A DNA stretch of 64,000 nucleotides, taken from the NCBI RefSeq assembly GCF_032191835.1, contig NC_083237.1, forward strand, positions 66,774,001 to 66,838,000. The letters are read 5' to 3'. The translations under genes and the position numbers were made by a program. Shown one piece after another: positions 19,928-34,900 of the stretch; positions within the stretch are counted from its first letter, which is position 1, and each line of letters starts with the position of its first letter. The notes beneath the pieces were generated by a model. It saw nothing but the letters and a program-made list of their open reading frames with translations, did not search any database and was not told the origin of the DNA. The stretch comes from Heteronotia binoei (taxonomy: Eukaryota).

Positions 19928-22900
19928 ATGGCGGCGGGTCCGGGCGGCGGGGCTCCCCCGGCGGAGGCGGCGTCGGCGTGGCGGGAGCGGCGAGTGCGGG
20001 AGCTGAGCGCGGCGCTGAGGAGCCGCCTGGGGCCTTACGAGCCGCCGCTGAGCGCCCTGCAGGCCCTGCTGGTGTGGGAGAGGCCGCGCCGCAGCGCTCT
20101 CGCCTGGGCCGCCGCGCACGCAGCCTTCGGGTGGGTCCCCCGCGCGGGAGAGGAGGGCGGGAGACTCCGGGAGGGAGGGCGGGAGACTCCGGGAGAGGAG
20201 GGCGGGGGACGCCGGGAGAGGACGGGGGGGCACAAGCGCCGCCCCTCGTGGGCAGGAGGCCGAGAAAGGGTAAGAGCCACACGAGTCCGCAGAGCCAGCG
20301 TGGCCGCCCAGCCTCTGCTTAAGACCCCCGCGGAAGGGGAGCCCTCCGCCTCCCAGGGAGGAAGCCCCCCCAACAGTCGGGCAGTTCTGCCTTGGAAGGG
20401 ACCTCCAGGGTCACCTAGCCCAACCCCCTGCACAATGCAGGAAACTCACAAACCCCTCCCCCTAAATTCACAGGATCCTCATTGCTGTCAGGTGGCCATC
20501 TAGCCTCTGCTGAAAAACCTCCAAGGAAGGAGAGCCCACCACCTCCCCAGGAGGAAGGCTCTTCCACTTAGGAATTGCTAGAGTTGCAAGGGATCTCCCG
20601 GGTCATCTAATGCAACCCCCTGCACAATGCAGGAAACACACAAACACCTCCCCCTAAATTCACAGGATCCTCATTGCTGTCAGAGGGCCATCCAGCCTCT
20701 GCTTAAAAACCTCCAAGGAAGGAGAGCCCACCACCTCCTGAGGAAGCCTCTTCCACTGAAGAACCACTCTAAACTCACAAAACTCCTCCCCCTAAATCCA
20801 CAGGATTCTCACTGCTGTCAGGTGGCCATCCAGCCTCTGTTGAAAAACCTCGAAGGAAGGAGAGCCCACCCCCCCCAAGGAAGCCTGTTCCACTGAGGAA
20901 TCCCTCTAATGATCAGGAAGTTCATAGAATCATAGAGTTGGAAGGGACCTCCAGGGTCATCTAGTCAACCCCCTGCACAATGCAGGAAACCCACAAACAC
21001 CTCCCCCTAAATTCACAGGATCTTCATTGCTGTCAGATGGCCATCCAGCCTCTGTTTAAAATCCTCCAAGGAAGGAGAGCCCGCCAGCTCCCAAGGCAGC
21101 CTGTTCCACTGAGGAATCGCTCTAACGGTCAGGAAGTTCTTCCTAATGTTGAGCTGGGAACTCTTTTGATTTAATTTCAACCCATTGGTTCTGGTCCTAC
21201 CTTCCGGGGCCACAGAAAACATTTCCACACCATCCTCTATATGACAGCCCTTCAAGTACTTGAAGATGGTGATCCTATCACCTCTCAGCCGCCTCCTCTC
21301 CAGGCTAAACATCCCCAGCTCCTTCAACCTTTCCTTACAGGACTTGGTCTCCATAGCTTTGCAACAAGGAAGGTTTAGCTTTCTCTTTTCCATGGCTTTT
21401 CCCTTTTCCATGGCTTTGCACCAAGGAAAGTTTTCTCTTTCCTTTCCCCCCTAAGTATGTTGGTTTTGTCTGTTTCTCTTTGGGTGATGGAAAACAGTCT
21501 TAAAGCTTGAAGAAGCAAGTTTTCATATTTTCTGACAGATGCCAACATGTGCACGTGTGGGTTGGTTTCAGTCCTGGATGAATGGTCAGCGCCTCACTGT
21601 TGTAATGGGCCTCATGGTAGGGAATGAGTCCTGACCTTGCAATCCTATGCAGTGACCTCCAAGACGGAGGAGTAATCCTGCTGGAGAGTCAGTCAGGCTG
21701 CTGGCTGCTTATTCCCTTTTGCAGGGAAGAATGGGCCCTTCATCCTTAGGCACTGTCCCAGGTCACCAGACTGCCCCTTGACTGATGTAAACTCCACATA
21801 GAACTGAATAGTGAGCAGCTCTTGTTAAATTTAAATATATTGCCATCATGCTTGTCCTTTGACAATCTTAGAGTGATTCTGAATAAAATCCTATGGTAAG
21901 AAATACTAACGGAGAAGGGAGTTGAAGAGGGTGGAAATTCCTTACAGGTGAAATATTGAAAGCACAATCACAAACAATTCCTCTGAGAAGGAAAAATGGG
22001 AGGAGCCTAAAAAAAAGCCAAGGTGGCTCCATAAACAGGTCTCTAAAGATTGTTGTAGGTTTTTCCGGACTGAATGGCCGCGGTCTTAGCATTGTGAGAT
22101 ATGACGTTTCACTAGCACCTGTGACTGGCGTCTTCAGAGGTATAACCCAGAAAACTGAGTTCTCTCTGGGTCAAAGTGAGAAGATGGAATCCATAAACAA
22201 ACCCAATTTCAACAAGAAAGAAGAGTGTTTAAAAATGATTAGGGCATGACTTCCAGTCCGGAAAAACACAAAATGCTCTACATCTTGCAGCAGCACTACA
22301 GATAAGATTAGAATTTCAATATCCAATCTATATACAAAAGAACCTCCTCAGGAAAGCTCCTCCATCAGCATGCCATAGCCTGGGAAGCTCCTACAAGATA
22401 ATAACTCAGACCTACCCCACCTTCCTGAGTAGATATTAATTACCTGCCTACCATCTTCTCACTTTGACCCAGGGAGAACTCAGTTTTCTGGGTTATACCC
22501 CTCCTTAAGTATTTCTTACCATAGGATTTTATTCAGAATCATTCTAAGATCGTCAAAATTTGCTTTCCTTATACACAAGTCCAGCTTATACATCTGGCTA
22601 TGTACAGCTTTTCCCTTCCCCAAGACTGTAAATTCCAAAATCACGTGGTCACTACTACCCACTTATTTCCACCTCATCAACCAGTTCATTCCTGTTGGTG
22701 AGGATCAAGTCCAGGATAGCAGATCCCCTTGTTTTCGTCTCCACTTTCTGGAGAATGAAGCTGTTAGCAAGACAAGTCAGAAATTGAACTTTTGTTTTTA
22801 GCAGAGTTGGACTTCCAACAGATGTCTGGGTAATTGAAATCTCCCATGACCGCCATGTCCCATTTCTTTGAGAACTTTGCAGTCTGTTGTAGGAGTATCT

Positions 22901-25900
22901 CATCTAAGTCCTCTGCCTGACGTGGTGGTCCCCACCATAATATCACAGTTATTTCTTACTCCTTTTATTTTTACCCAGAGACACTCAACTGAACTGCCAT
23001 GCTCTGATTCACTTATTTCCTCACATGTATATACCTCCTTCACATATGACATTACGCCTCTGCCCTTCCTTATTTGTCTGTCTCTTTAAAATAAGTTGTA
23101 CCCCTCAATCCTAATATTCATGTGGTGAGTGTCATCCCACCAAGTTTCAGTAATGCCTATTAGGTCATAGTCCCCTTCCTGTATTAGGACTTCCAGTTCT
23201 TCCTCCTTGTTTCCCATGGTCTGGGCATGAGTGTAGAGTCATCAGAATCCATGTTTTATGCACCCTGAGGTTTTTGTTTCCTTATGTACCTGTGAGTTAA
23301 TGTTACCTAGTGTATGTGCCACTCCCTGCAAAACTTTAGCATCCTTATCTCTAGTTATTGGCATTGTACTAGGCATTGCATTATTGTCTCGCTCCTCATG
23401 CAGTTCAATTTTAAACACTCCTTGTTAGGTTAGCAAGACTCTTACCAAACACTTCCCCCCCAACCTTTGTGAGGTGCAAACCATCTCCCAATAGAAGAGC
23501 TTCATCTTGAAAGTGTAAGTCATGGTCCAGAAATCCAAATCTTTCCTGATGGCACCATCTACATAGCCAGTCATTTATCTGCAGTATTTTTCTTTCCTGT
23601 CCTAAGCCACGGCCTTCGACAGGAAGAACTCACATAAATACAGTATGTGCTCCCAGTTCCTTTACCTTCTGACTCAGAAGCAACATAGTCTCTTTTAATG
23701 CATTCCAGTCTGTGCCGGGTGGTATCATTTGTTCCCACATGGATCAGCAAGAAAGGATAATAATCCATGGGCTTGACAAGTCTTCCTATCCTTTCTGCTA
23801 CACCCAGTAGCCAGCATACCTCTCGAGACGACAATTCCAGTCGGCACACGTTGGGCTCTACCCCTCCATCCCCAATTACCAGCACATATCTTCCTGTATC
23901 GGGGAGCAGAAGCTTGAGTCTTCTCATCCACGGGCCTGAGAATTTTCTTCACGCTTCATGGAGGGCGAGGAAGTAATTCTTGTTCTAGTGGTTCAGAATC
24001 AGTATCCACGGGAGATCTCGGAACCAATTGCTTAGCAGCAGACAGTCCCCATTGGGTATAATTGAGCTGAATAAATTCAGCAATACCAATTCAGGAATAT
24101 CATCAAATGTCGATTTTTTTCTGGGTTTGGTATATCTGAACCCGGAAAAAAACTTCTTTGTGCATACCCCTATCAGATACACTTGATGTACAGTGAGTCT
24201 TAATATAAGTTTAATTTTTTTTTAAAAAGAAAAAGCCTTGGAACAGGCTGCGCCCCTTCTAGTCAGTCCATCAAAGCCTTAATCTTTTATCTCCATTTTT
24301 TGTAAGCTCTGGACTCAGACGTGCTAAAAAGAAATTCCCAGTTTTTCCTTTTGAGATACCACACCCTTTAAAATGCTGCTGTAAGATAAATGCTGCTGTG
24401 CCGGACTGGTACCGGTCCATAGCAGTCTGGTTGCTTGAGATAAAATAGAGAAGTGCTTTAATTCCAGGGCCATGGTCATAATAACCTGCAGTTATAGCAA
24501 AAGTGCCATTTGTTTACTTAGCTGCCAGAGAGGAAGTACTTCTTCACCCAAAGGGTGATTAACATGTGGAATTCACTGCCACAGGAGGTGGTGGCGGCCA
24601 CAAGCATAGCCACCTTCAAGAGGGGGTTAGATAAAAATATGGAGCAGCGGTCCGTCAGTGGCTATTAGCCACAGTGTGTGTGTGCCACTGTGTGACACAG
24701 AGTGTTGGACTGGATGGGCCATTGGCCTGATCCAACATGGCTTCTCTTATGTTCTTATGAGAGAAAAGCCTACAGTCAGCAAGAATGCAGTCTCCTTTCT
24801 CCAGAAGCACAAAGGTGCCTAGAAGGAGGCTGACCGAGGAGCTCACAAAATAAACTGCTAAATGGGATCTGCTGCTTGCAGGCTGAAATCTCTCCCCCCC
24901 CCCACCCTTACTGTTTCAATTCTGTTTGGTAGCAAATTTGGTGGTAGTGACTTCCTGTGCCCTTATTAACGAAAAACAAACTAGAAGAGGTCTATGTGGG
25001 CAAGTGGTAGAGCTTCCCAGCAGGACCTTTTCATGCGTGTTACTCCAGTGGAGTGGTACTTCCCCATGCCATTACTGACACCAAATCAGTACGTTAATTA
25101 GAGATGCTGCCCGGGGTGAAAGCTGCAAATCAGCCGTCTTTTTTTCAGCGATCTAAAACATTTCAATTTTTCCTCAGATTCTTTGCTCTGACATCTCTCC
25201 ATCTGGTATTCTTGGTTGCTTTCATCCTGATACTAATAGTATGTTTTGACCAGTGGAAGAATAAAATCTGGCCTGAAATTAAAGGTGAGTACTAAACAAA
25301 GGGTGGGTACCAGAATTTCAGCTCTGGCCTCCCATGTCTCCAGAGTGCTCTTCTCTTCTCTTCTCTTCTCTTCTCTTCTCTTCTCTTCTCTTCTCTTCTC
25401 TTCTCTTCTCTTCTCTTCTCTTCTCTTCTCTTCTCTTCTCTATAATCGGGCTGCAACTGAGCTTGAATTTCCTTAATCGAAGCAGGGGCTAAAGATAAGG
25501 CAGGGATCCTGTCGGCAGGCTCTTTCCCTAATGGAAGGAGACTTGGGCACAGAGAAGCACCGAAGGTGGCACTAGCCTGGAGAAAATTTCTTCCTGACTC
25601 CAAAGTGGCGATCGGCATTTCCCTGGGTGTGCAGGACAGGGCCAGGAGAACTAAGCACTGATACAACCCTCCCTGTTCTCCATCTCATGATCTGCCCAAT
25701 TTCGCAGGATCCACATTCATGTCAGATGGCCATCGAGCCTCTTTTTAAAAACCAACAAGGGAGGAGAGCCCACCACCTCCCGAGGAAGCCAGTTCCACTG
25801 AGTAACAGTTAGTCAGGAAGTTCTTCCTAATGTCCATATCCTTCTTAAATTGTGGTGCCCAAAACCAAACACAGTACTCTAGGTGAGGTCTAACCAGAGC

Positions 25901-28900
25901 AGAGTAAAGCGATACCATCACATCACGTGATCTGGACACTATACTTCTGTTGATACAGCCCAGAATTGAATTTGCCACCTTTTTAGCCACCCCATCACAC
26001 TGCTGGTTCATGTTTAGTGTACAGTCCATGGGCTGTACACTAAACTTCCTAACTTCCCAATCCTACCTTCCATGGCGGCTGGCCATAGTGTACTCGAGGC
26101 ACTGCTTGTCCGCTCCCAAAGGGCTTAGTTCCACTTTGGGGGGGGAGCGAGGGGAGAGAAGAAGTGTAGCTCGCCACATGTCAGACCATTGCCATGGCAA
26201 CTCCGCTAGACTGTGGATTCCCAGCGTGGAGGCCAAGGTGGAGGCAACAGGAAGGGAGGGCCATCCCAGGCCCCCCAGATTGGCCAGTCCTGGCGCAAGC
26301 ACTATGAAACATGACACTCAGGGGTAGGAAGAGGCAGCCCCAGAGAGGCTGATCGCCTTTCCCCACCTTGTATGCAGAGCCCCTGGAGGCCAGGTACCTG
26401 TTAGGACTTGGAAACAGAAAAGGTTAGCCACAGAGGAGAGACTTCGCTCTCCTCCTTGCAAGTCAAAGAGCTCGCTCTGTACTGTCTAAGTGCCCTCGCT
26501 GTGCAGCCTCCACCACCAAAGTGCCTTGGCCCTCACTCTACATCCGCACTGCACAGAGCTCCGTGACAGAGTCCCGTGCTGTGCGCCCTACCTAAAGAGT
26601 TTTGCGGGGCTGGTGCAGAAGGGCTCATCCCGTCCAGGGCATGTGGGGATTGGTGTACCATTTAGTTGGCTCCCTAAGGGGTTTCGAGGCTGCACCAGGA
26701 GTGGCAGCAAACTTTGTTTTCAGGGCCTCTAGGGGATATGCGAGCATTTTCCTTCTCATAACTTTATGCCTCTTGGGGGCATTCCCAGGCTGAAAGGTCT
26801 TAGGGAGCTGACTAACGCTGGCCACGCCCCTGGGGCCACCCCTCGTATGCAGCATAGCTGCCTACACCCCTGTTGCACCGCAGGCTGGACGTGGCGCTGC
26901 TCTGCCAGCAGCCATGGGCGGGCATACACTGATGAGCTCATCCCTAGATGAGTGCAACTCCCATTTGTGCTGGCGTGGAAGGAGTTAGAATGGTGCGAAT
27001 TGCACTTCTACCGACGTAGTGGTTCCTTTGCTTCCAAAGCACTTTGCCCCCCCCCCTTTAGGATTGTGCTGTAAGACCCCTAGATCATAGAATCATAGAA
27101 TTGAAAGGGGCCTCCACGGTCAGCTAGTCCAACCCCCTTCACAATGCAGGAACTTCACAAATACCTCCCCCCCACACACATACATCCCCAGTGACCCCTG
27201 CTGCATGCCCAGAAGATGGCAAAAACCTCCATGATCCCTTGCCAATCTGACCTGAAGAAATATTGCTGACTGACCCCAATTTGTCAACCAGCATTTCCCT
27301 GGGTGTGTAAGAAAGGGCCACAAGAATTACGCACTGATGCAGCCCCTCCTGCCCTCATGAGCTGCCTATTTCACAGAATTATTAGAATAAAGACAGATTC
27401 CGGTGTAAATATGAGTAACACCATAATCCACCAATATAATATAATAAACATGAACAGTGTTACGTCTTACAAAATGTATAATTGTACAGAATGAATCACA
27501 AATACTCTTAAGCAACAGAATATGCACATGGTGAGACAAATAGTCCTTTCCAAATAGCTTCCGGGATTCTGTGGGACCACTGGCACTTTAAATCTGTGTG
27601 GCTTCAGTAATACTTCTAAGGAGTTCACAAGTCCAAAAAAATTGTAGAAAATTCAAAATGAGCCCACACCCATCTATAGGCAAGAATGTTTTAAAAATGC
27701 AGGACCAATACGTATATACTAGTGGAAAGTCCATGGGAAAAAATCTCTGAAGAGAAGAGAACTCGTTAAATCCGGAACGTGATGATGGTTTTGCTGTCTT
27801 TGTCTCCTCAATCTCTCACAAAGCAAACATTCTTCACAGAGCTATATAAATACAAAATAATTACCAAACACATAGAAAAAATACATCTCACCTCCCAATC
27901 CATCTACATTCACAACCTCAATAACTCACCCACAGTAAATCTTACACATATTCAGATCAACGTATCACCGGGTGTTTGTGCACCCGGCTCTTGCCGTTTA
28001 CTGTGGTTTCCTCATTAAGTATCTGACCCCTGTTTTCATCTTAAAGGCATATTTCCTTTTGCAAGAATGCTGAATATTCAATGTTGGCAGTAAGTCCCAA
28101 AGGTGATACTGTTTTTAGTCTATATGTCCAATAGCATTCTTGTTGTAAAAGTACGTACTTTGTTAATATCCTCTTTCACAAATGGTTTAGGTTGGTTTTT
28201 ATACGAACAGTTTTTTTAAGTTTTTAAGTTAATGTTTTGTTTCATTAAAATATACAAACATTGGAGATTCTGAAACTGCCCTTTCAAGTCTCAATCTATG
28301 CTCCGTCACTCTTCCTTTTAATGTTCTGTGTCATTCCCATATACCATAATTTACCATAATGTCGTTCCCATATACATATGGCAGCATACACTAATTGTTT
28401 AGAGTTCCAATTAGAGACCTCAGTTGTATTATTTCGCCTGTAGCTGGATTATTAAATGCTTTAATGGATAACATCATCTCACATGCCTTGCATTGTCCAC
28501 GTGGTTAATATCCTATAACTGTCTCTTCTTATGTCTTCAATTGTATCAGTTCTACAGTCAGCTCTTATCAGCATGTTCTTTAAGTTCCTAGGATTTCTAA
28601 AGCCTATATTTGGTGGCACAGAGGACCCTGGAATATGTGATGCTATATGCCAAAATTTCTGTATAGACCTACTAATCCTATAGGCAATGGATGAATTTAA
28701 AAATCCACATGTAACTTGGTCTGATGTAATTTTAGGATTTTCTTGCAATAAGGTATTCCTCTGTTTACTTTCAGCCCTCCAACATGCTTTGTATATCTAT
28801 AGGATATCCTCTATCCTGAAACGGCTAATCCTTATTATGCACAAATTTGGTTTTATAGCAGATTTATAGATGATTTGTTCATTATTTTTTAAGACTGTAT

Positions 28901-31900
28901 AACATTGGTCAATTTTTTAATTTGGATAAACAATCTTCATACTTGTATTAATTCTGAGAGCAGATGGAGTAGAGATGAAATTAACTTCCTGGACACAATG
29001 ATAAAATGAGATTAAAATATTAGACTGTATGTTAAATCATACACAAAACCTATCAACAGAAATGGTCTTCTACAATTTCAGTCCTATCATCCTAAACATT
29101 TACACATTAACTTACCATATGGACAGTTTCTGCGTAGCAGACAGAATTGTACTAAAGAGGAAGACTAGAACAGAGGCTGAAAAATCAGTAGAACACTTTC
29201 AGGACAGAGTATATCCCATACAGGTTCCAGCTGGCTTGGTGCCAGGAGTGTGTGGCTTAATATGCAAATGAGTTCCTGCTGGGTCTTTTTGTAGAAATCT
29301 GCCGTTCACCTCTTCTGATGGGCTGTTGTTTTGAACGCTGCTTTAAGTGCATGTTTCCAGTTTAGTTCTGTATAACCATATTATTTAACTAGGCCAAAGG
29401 AAGTTCTGTTGTGGTGTCCTGGCTCCAGAGAATGCCTGTCTATGGCAATCCTTGACAGGATAAATGTCGTCTTACCTAAGGAAAGAGGCTGCAGGCCTTG
29501 CCTTTCGTACATCCATAGGCTGAGAACAGAAACATCTTGATAAAATTTTGTATTAGTCTGCACATAATGAGATCAAACGAACAAAATTAAGGAACACTTT
29601 TATTATTGAGGTATTTATTTATTTTATGTTACTTGATTTATATCCTGCCCTCCCCGCAAGGTCACATAATATCATGATGAGAAACAGAAGATAAAGCTTG
29701 GAAAATCCTGACATTTAAAATTAAAATGCCGTGCTAAAAACCAAGTAAGAGTTACCGCAATAGTAACACAGAGATAGAAACCTTCTGGGCAGAGTTGTGG
29801 AATGTTGAGCTGCTAACCCCTCAGCGGAGCCGATGGCAGGGAAGGCCAAAAGATGTGAATTTGGGCATTGGCTGCCTCAGCTGAAAGCCCAGTGGAACAG
29901 CTCCATTTTACAGGCCCTTGGAATTGCGGTAGATCCTTCAGGGCCCTGATCTCAGGTGGCAGCTTGTTCCACCAGGCTGGGTCCAGGACCAAAAAAACGG
30001 TGGCCTTCATTGACGTTAGTCAGGCATCCTTTGGTCCAGGAATAACTAGACTGTGTTAATTGAGCGCAAAGCTCTGTGGGGCACACATGGGAAGAGATGG
30101 TCCCCGAGATCCCTTGTACTCCGCTTTGAGCCCCCAATGGGGGAATGAGCAGAATATAAATAAACTAATAATAATAATAATAAAAGGTAAGGAGGTCCCT
30201 GGCTGCATAGGGCTTTAAGAGTCAGCACTAGAACCTTGAACTGGATCCAGTACTGGGTACACACTTGAATTTAGCAGATGCAGAAAAGGGGATTTTTTTG
30301 TAGGGAACCCCCCCCAGAAGGAACTCATTTGCATATTAGGCCGCACCCCCTGGTGCCAAGCCAGCCAGAACTGTGTTCCTGCTTAAAAAAAAAAAACCAA
30401 ACCAATGCAGTAGGAAAGCAGGACTTTGGCTGCAACCACCTTAACACACTTTTAAACGTCTGTTGGATGTTTTACTGTATTTACTCAAAATGAAGGCAGC
30501 CCTGAATAAGATAACACCCCCCCTGAAATGTTATACAAAAAAGATTTTTATTATTGGACATAATTGTATGTTGTATGAAAATTTAAGATGTTCCCCTGTT
30601 TTTTATGGGATACTGGGGTGGAAACTAGTTTTGCATTTTGAGTAAGTACAATAATTAGGCAGCTCAGCAGTTCCCTCGTCATTTTCCTTGCAACTAATCC
30701 TGATGTGTTTTTAATGTTCTAGTGGCAAGACCTGACGAATTAGACAGTGAGAGGTAGGAGACACTAATTCTGATCCCCCTTTTTTGTACTGTGTTGTCTG
30801 TGTTTATGTTGCATAGCAGTCCTTTTTTGTGAGTTCAAGCTTCTTAGCAGGGAAAGTCATGCAGTAACTGGACTGAAGGAGTGTGTCTTTGCTCCCTCTT
30901 GCCCTGGTATTTTGCAACTATGGTTGCAATCTTCTGATGCTTAAGAGCAAAACTTGTTTGAATTGAATCCTAAGTAAAACATTTATTGGGACTGGTCTGG
31001 AAATCCCTTAAGGCCTGTGCACGCGTGTATCTACGTGTTTTACTGTAATAAACTGACTTATTTAAATGCCTGGTACGACTTTTTGCTTCGTGTCCTACTG
31101 AAATTGGGGGCATAAATTCCTATGCCTTCTGGAAGGTTTCTCTGCAAAAGTCTCTTTGTTCAGTCATCGGCTGTTTATGCTGGCAGAGCTGCTTTTTCTC
31201 CATTTTTATGTTAAAAGAACGGTAGAGCTACTTGGATTAAATGTTTGGATTAAGCTGAGACATGCTGCAAGACAACTTTCTCCTAATGTGCCCCAGTGAG
31301 AGGGAGCCACTGTAGGGCAGGAAGCAGAGCTTTTGATTACGGTCCCAGGTGCTAGGGGTCCATGGCCCATCTCAGCCTTCATTCTCCCTCTGTAAAACAG
31401 TCGCGGCCTTGTGTGGATGTGTGTAAGTGTAATAAGCAGAGCCACTTTGAATTACTATGGATGCTCCTTGCCCTACTAGGACATTAATGTGCCCTTCTTT
31501 TTCATCCTTCCAGCTGGGGCTACGTCCATCCTCAGCAACTTAGTGTTCCTGAACTGTGTCACTATTTGGCAGAAGGCTGGGTCACAGGAGACAGCTTCAT
31601 GAGGAGCATGCTGGGTTTCAAAAGACACAATCCAGGCAAGGTAAAAAAATACCCAAAACAACGTTGTCTGGGAGTAGACAAGAGGAAAGAAAGGGAGGGT
31701 TAAGACACAGTGAAGACCTAACTGTGGCAGGTCTTTTTATTCCCCTTTGCGTGTGTTCAGGAGAACACATACTAAATCTGTAATTGTCCTCAGAAATGTT
31801 CCTGTGCAGGCCTGATGTGGGGATGCTTTAGAGGATTGCAAGTGAGGGAGTTAAACACAGGGGCAGGCAGAGAATACAGCAGCTGTTTTGCTTGGGGGAA

Positions 31901-34900
31901 TTGTCTGCAGACTTTTGTCCCACCTACCTTCCTAGAGGTTTTGCCTCAGTCTGTTACCTCATCCAGAACTTGGTCCAGACATAGCTCTTAAATTCCCCCT
32001 ATTGCATTCCCAAAGCCTTCTCAAGTGTCATGTCCTTGTTTTGGTCTTGATACTGAATAGCAACAACCAAAGCGTGTCTGTACAGGTTTGCTTGGTTCCC
32101 ACAATATCAGAAAACTTGACTCTGGATTTTGTTTCTCCAGTTTTGCCTTCTAGCCTGTAGCGTCCTTACCTTTTTGGCTGTCTTGGGCCAGTATATTCCC
32201 GGAGTCTGTCTTGCCTATCTAACAAGTGAGTATCTGTGGTTGTGTCCTTCACTCAGTAGGGCACAGAAGGGTTGAGCTCTGGGTTGACAGTAGGGTTTAG
32301 CCAGGCCCAGCTTACAATGTGCCATCCTTAATACATCCTTGTCTGCCCCAGAATGCTACTTTGGTGTCTCACTTTTTTTAATAGATCCAAGTGGGTTGCT
32401 GTGTTGGTCTGAAGCAGCAGAACCAAGTTTGAGTCCAGTGGCACCTTTAAGACCAACAGAGTTTTTATTCAAGAATAAGCTTTCATGTGCACACACATTT
32501 CTTCAGATACAATGAAACAGAAATCGGCATAGATAGAGGGTGAACAGTAAATTAGCATACAACATAATGACAATGTTTAACAGATTCAAGGACCAAACGG
32601 GAATAACAAGCTTAGTTTATAAGGTTACCATTTGTTTGGGTTTAATTCTGAGGGGAAAACATAGTGAAGGAAATAAATATGTCAGTATTTAAAATATGGG
32701 CAGATGTATCCTTAAAGGAGATGGATGGAGAGTGATGGCAGAGTCTCAATTCCTCTCAGCATCTCACTTTCACTTTTGATTGCCATTCCCAGCAGGTGGG
32801 ACAAGATATGCTTTAGCTCTGTCTAGTTGAAGGGAAATATCCCATAATCTCTGCTTAATTATAGTTTTAGCTTCTTGATAGCCAAGATGCAAGAAAGCTA
32901 TGCTGGAAAAACCTAAACATGGAAGTTTGTCCTCTATTGTCTCCAACCACCTTGAACACAAACTGTCTACCGGAATTAAGGAAGTTAATCTTGAAGGGTA
33001 AAGATTTCGCTTCAACCAAAAACAAATGCCTTGCAGCCAGATCCGTGGTTCTAGGGTTACCAAACCCGCTTCTAGTCTGAGCGTGGCATTGGATACACAC
33101 GAGGAGGTACTCCAAATAAGGATCTTAAAAATTTAGACTGAACAGCTTCCAGTTTTTGGTAATCCCTATGTAAACCGACTTGTGAATCCAATACGTAAGT
33201 TGGGGCATAACCTTGCCCTGAAAAACTTTCAATATATGAAGGATATGAGAGCTTCCTTTCATGTGGAAAACTCATAAGTTTATTAGAGCGGATTCCAAAA
33301 CTTGAGAAAGTCGGGCAGCCTGTGTAACGGAGGCTTGAAAGACAACACCTAGATCACTTTAATTGTCCAGTGTACCTTTTGGCAAATGCAAGTATTTTTA
33401 TTTTAGAAGCGTGTGTGCACATGAAATCACACAACTTAATAAAACTCTGTTGATCTTAAAGGTACTCCTGGGCTCCATCTTTGTTCACTTTTTAAATGTT
33501 TATTGAGTAGAAGCATTTTGATTTGTCAGTTGGGGAGGGGCCATGACTCAGTGGCAAGAGGGCCTGTTTGTGTGCAGAGGGTCCCAAGGCCACTCCTTGG
33601 TATCTTCAGGTAGAAGGCTAGTAAGTGATGGAAAAGACATCTGTCTACCTGAGGCCCTGACTTCCTGCATCCCCTCCGCCCTCCCCTTACCACCTCTGGC
33701 CAGGTTCAACGTTGCCTCCATGCATCTGATGAAGAGGGCTGCGTTTCTCAAAAAGCTTCTGCTACAATAAAAATTCTTAGTCTTAAAGGTGCTAGCTCAG
33801 CTCAGTGTTCCCTCTAAGCTGTTAGTGTGAGCTCGCTCACAGTTTTTTTAGCTTCTGGCTCACACATTTTTGTCTCAGCTCAGGATAAAATGGCCCCAGA
33901 GCAAACTAATTTAAGCAGCAGCTCACAACATTAATGCCAGTAACTCACAAAGTAGAATTTTTGCTCACCAGACTCCACAGCTTAGAGGGAGTATTTACTA
34001 TGCTGCAGTCCTGACTTTGATAGTGCAGTGGTCTGATTTAGCATAAGGTAGCTTCATGTGTGCCTATCTTCTTCTTCCTCCTCCTCCTCTAGTGCTTTCC
34101 TTCCTCCTGTGGCCCCTTGCTGTGTACCACCACCTAGGTCAGCGCCTGTACACCAAACTGGAGCCAGCGCTGCAGCGATTGGACTTCAGTGTTCGTGGTT
34201 ATATGATGTCCAAGCAGAGGGAGAGGCAGTGTGAGTCTGGTGCGGGGCTGGCGTTCTGACTCGCTAGCAGTTATGGGATGGGAAGCATATTTGGCATCTG
34301 GAGCTTGTTGGTTCCCTCCTCCTTGCTGGTGATATGAAGGACTTTGGCTCTAGCCTGCTTGGATGAAAGAGCTGAATAAGCTTGTGGCTATCTCTGACCA
34401 CTCCTCCTTCCCTAACCACTGCTTCTTGGAAGAGAGCTCTGAATTCTTTCCCATGCTCAGGCCTCGTTTTAGGGCAGAGCTGCCTGGAGCGCAGCTCTGG
34501 AAGCCTGACGACGGAGTGGGGGAGGCGGTGTGTGCGTGTGTATGAGCCGTCTCCCCATTGGCAGCGCAACCCAGCACTCTTCGCCAGGCCAGTGCTGTTA
34601 GGGGGAGGCGGTGTGTGTATGTGTTCAGAGGAATGGCCTGGTGAAGAGCTGTTGGGGGAAGGCGGTGTGTGTGTGTGTGTTCAGAGGAATGGCCTGGTGA
34701 AGAGCTGTTGGGGGGAAGGCGGTGTGTGTGTGTGTGTTCAGAGGAATGGCCTGGTGAAGAGCTGTTGGGGGAAGGCGGTGTGTGTGTGTGTGTTCAGAGG
34801 AATGGCCTGGTGAAGAGCTGTTGGGGGAAGGCGGTGTGTGTGTGTGTTCAGAGGAATGGCCTGGTGAAGAGCTGTTGGGGGAAGGCGGTGTGTGTGTGTG

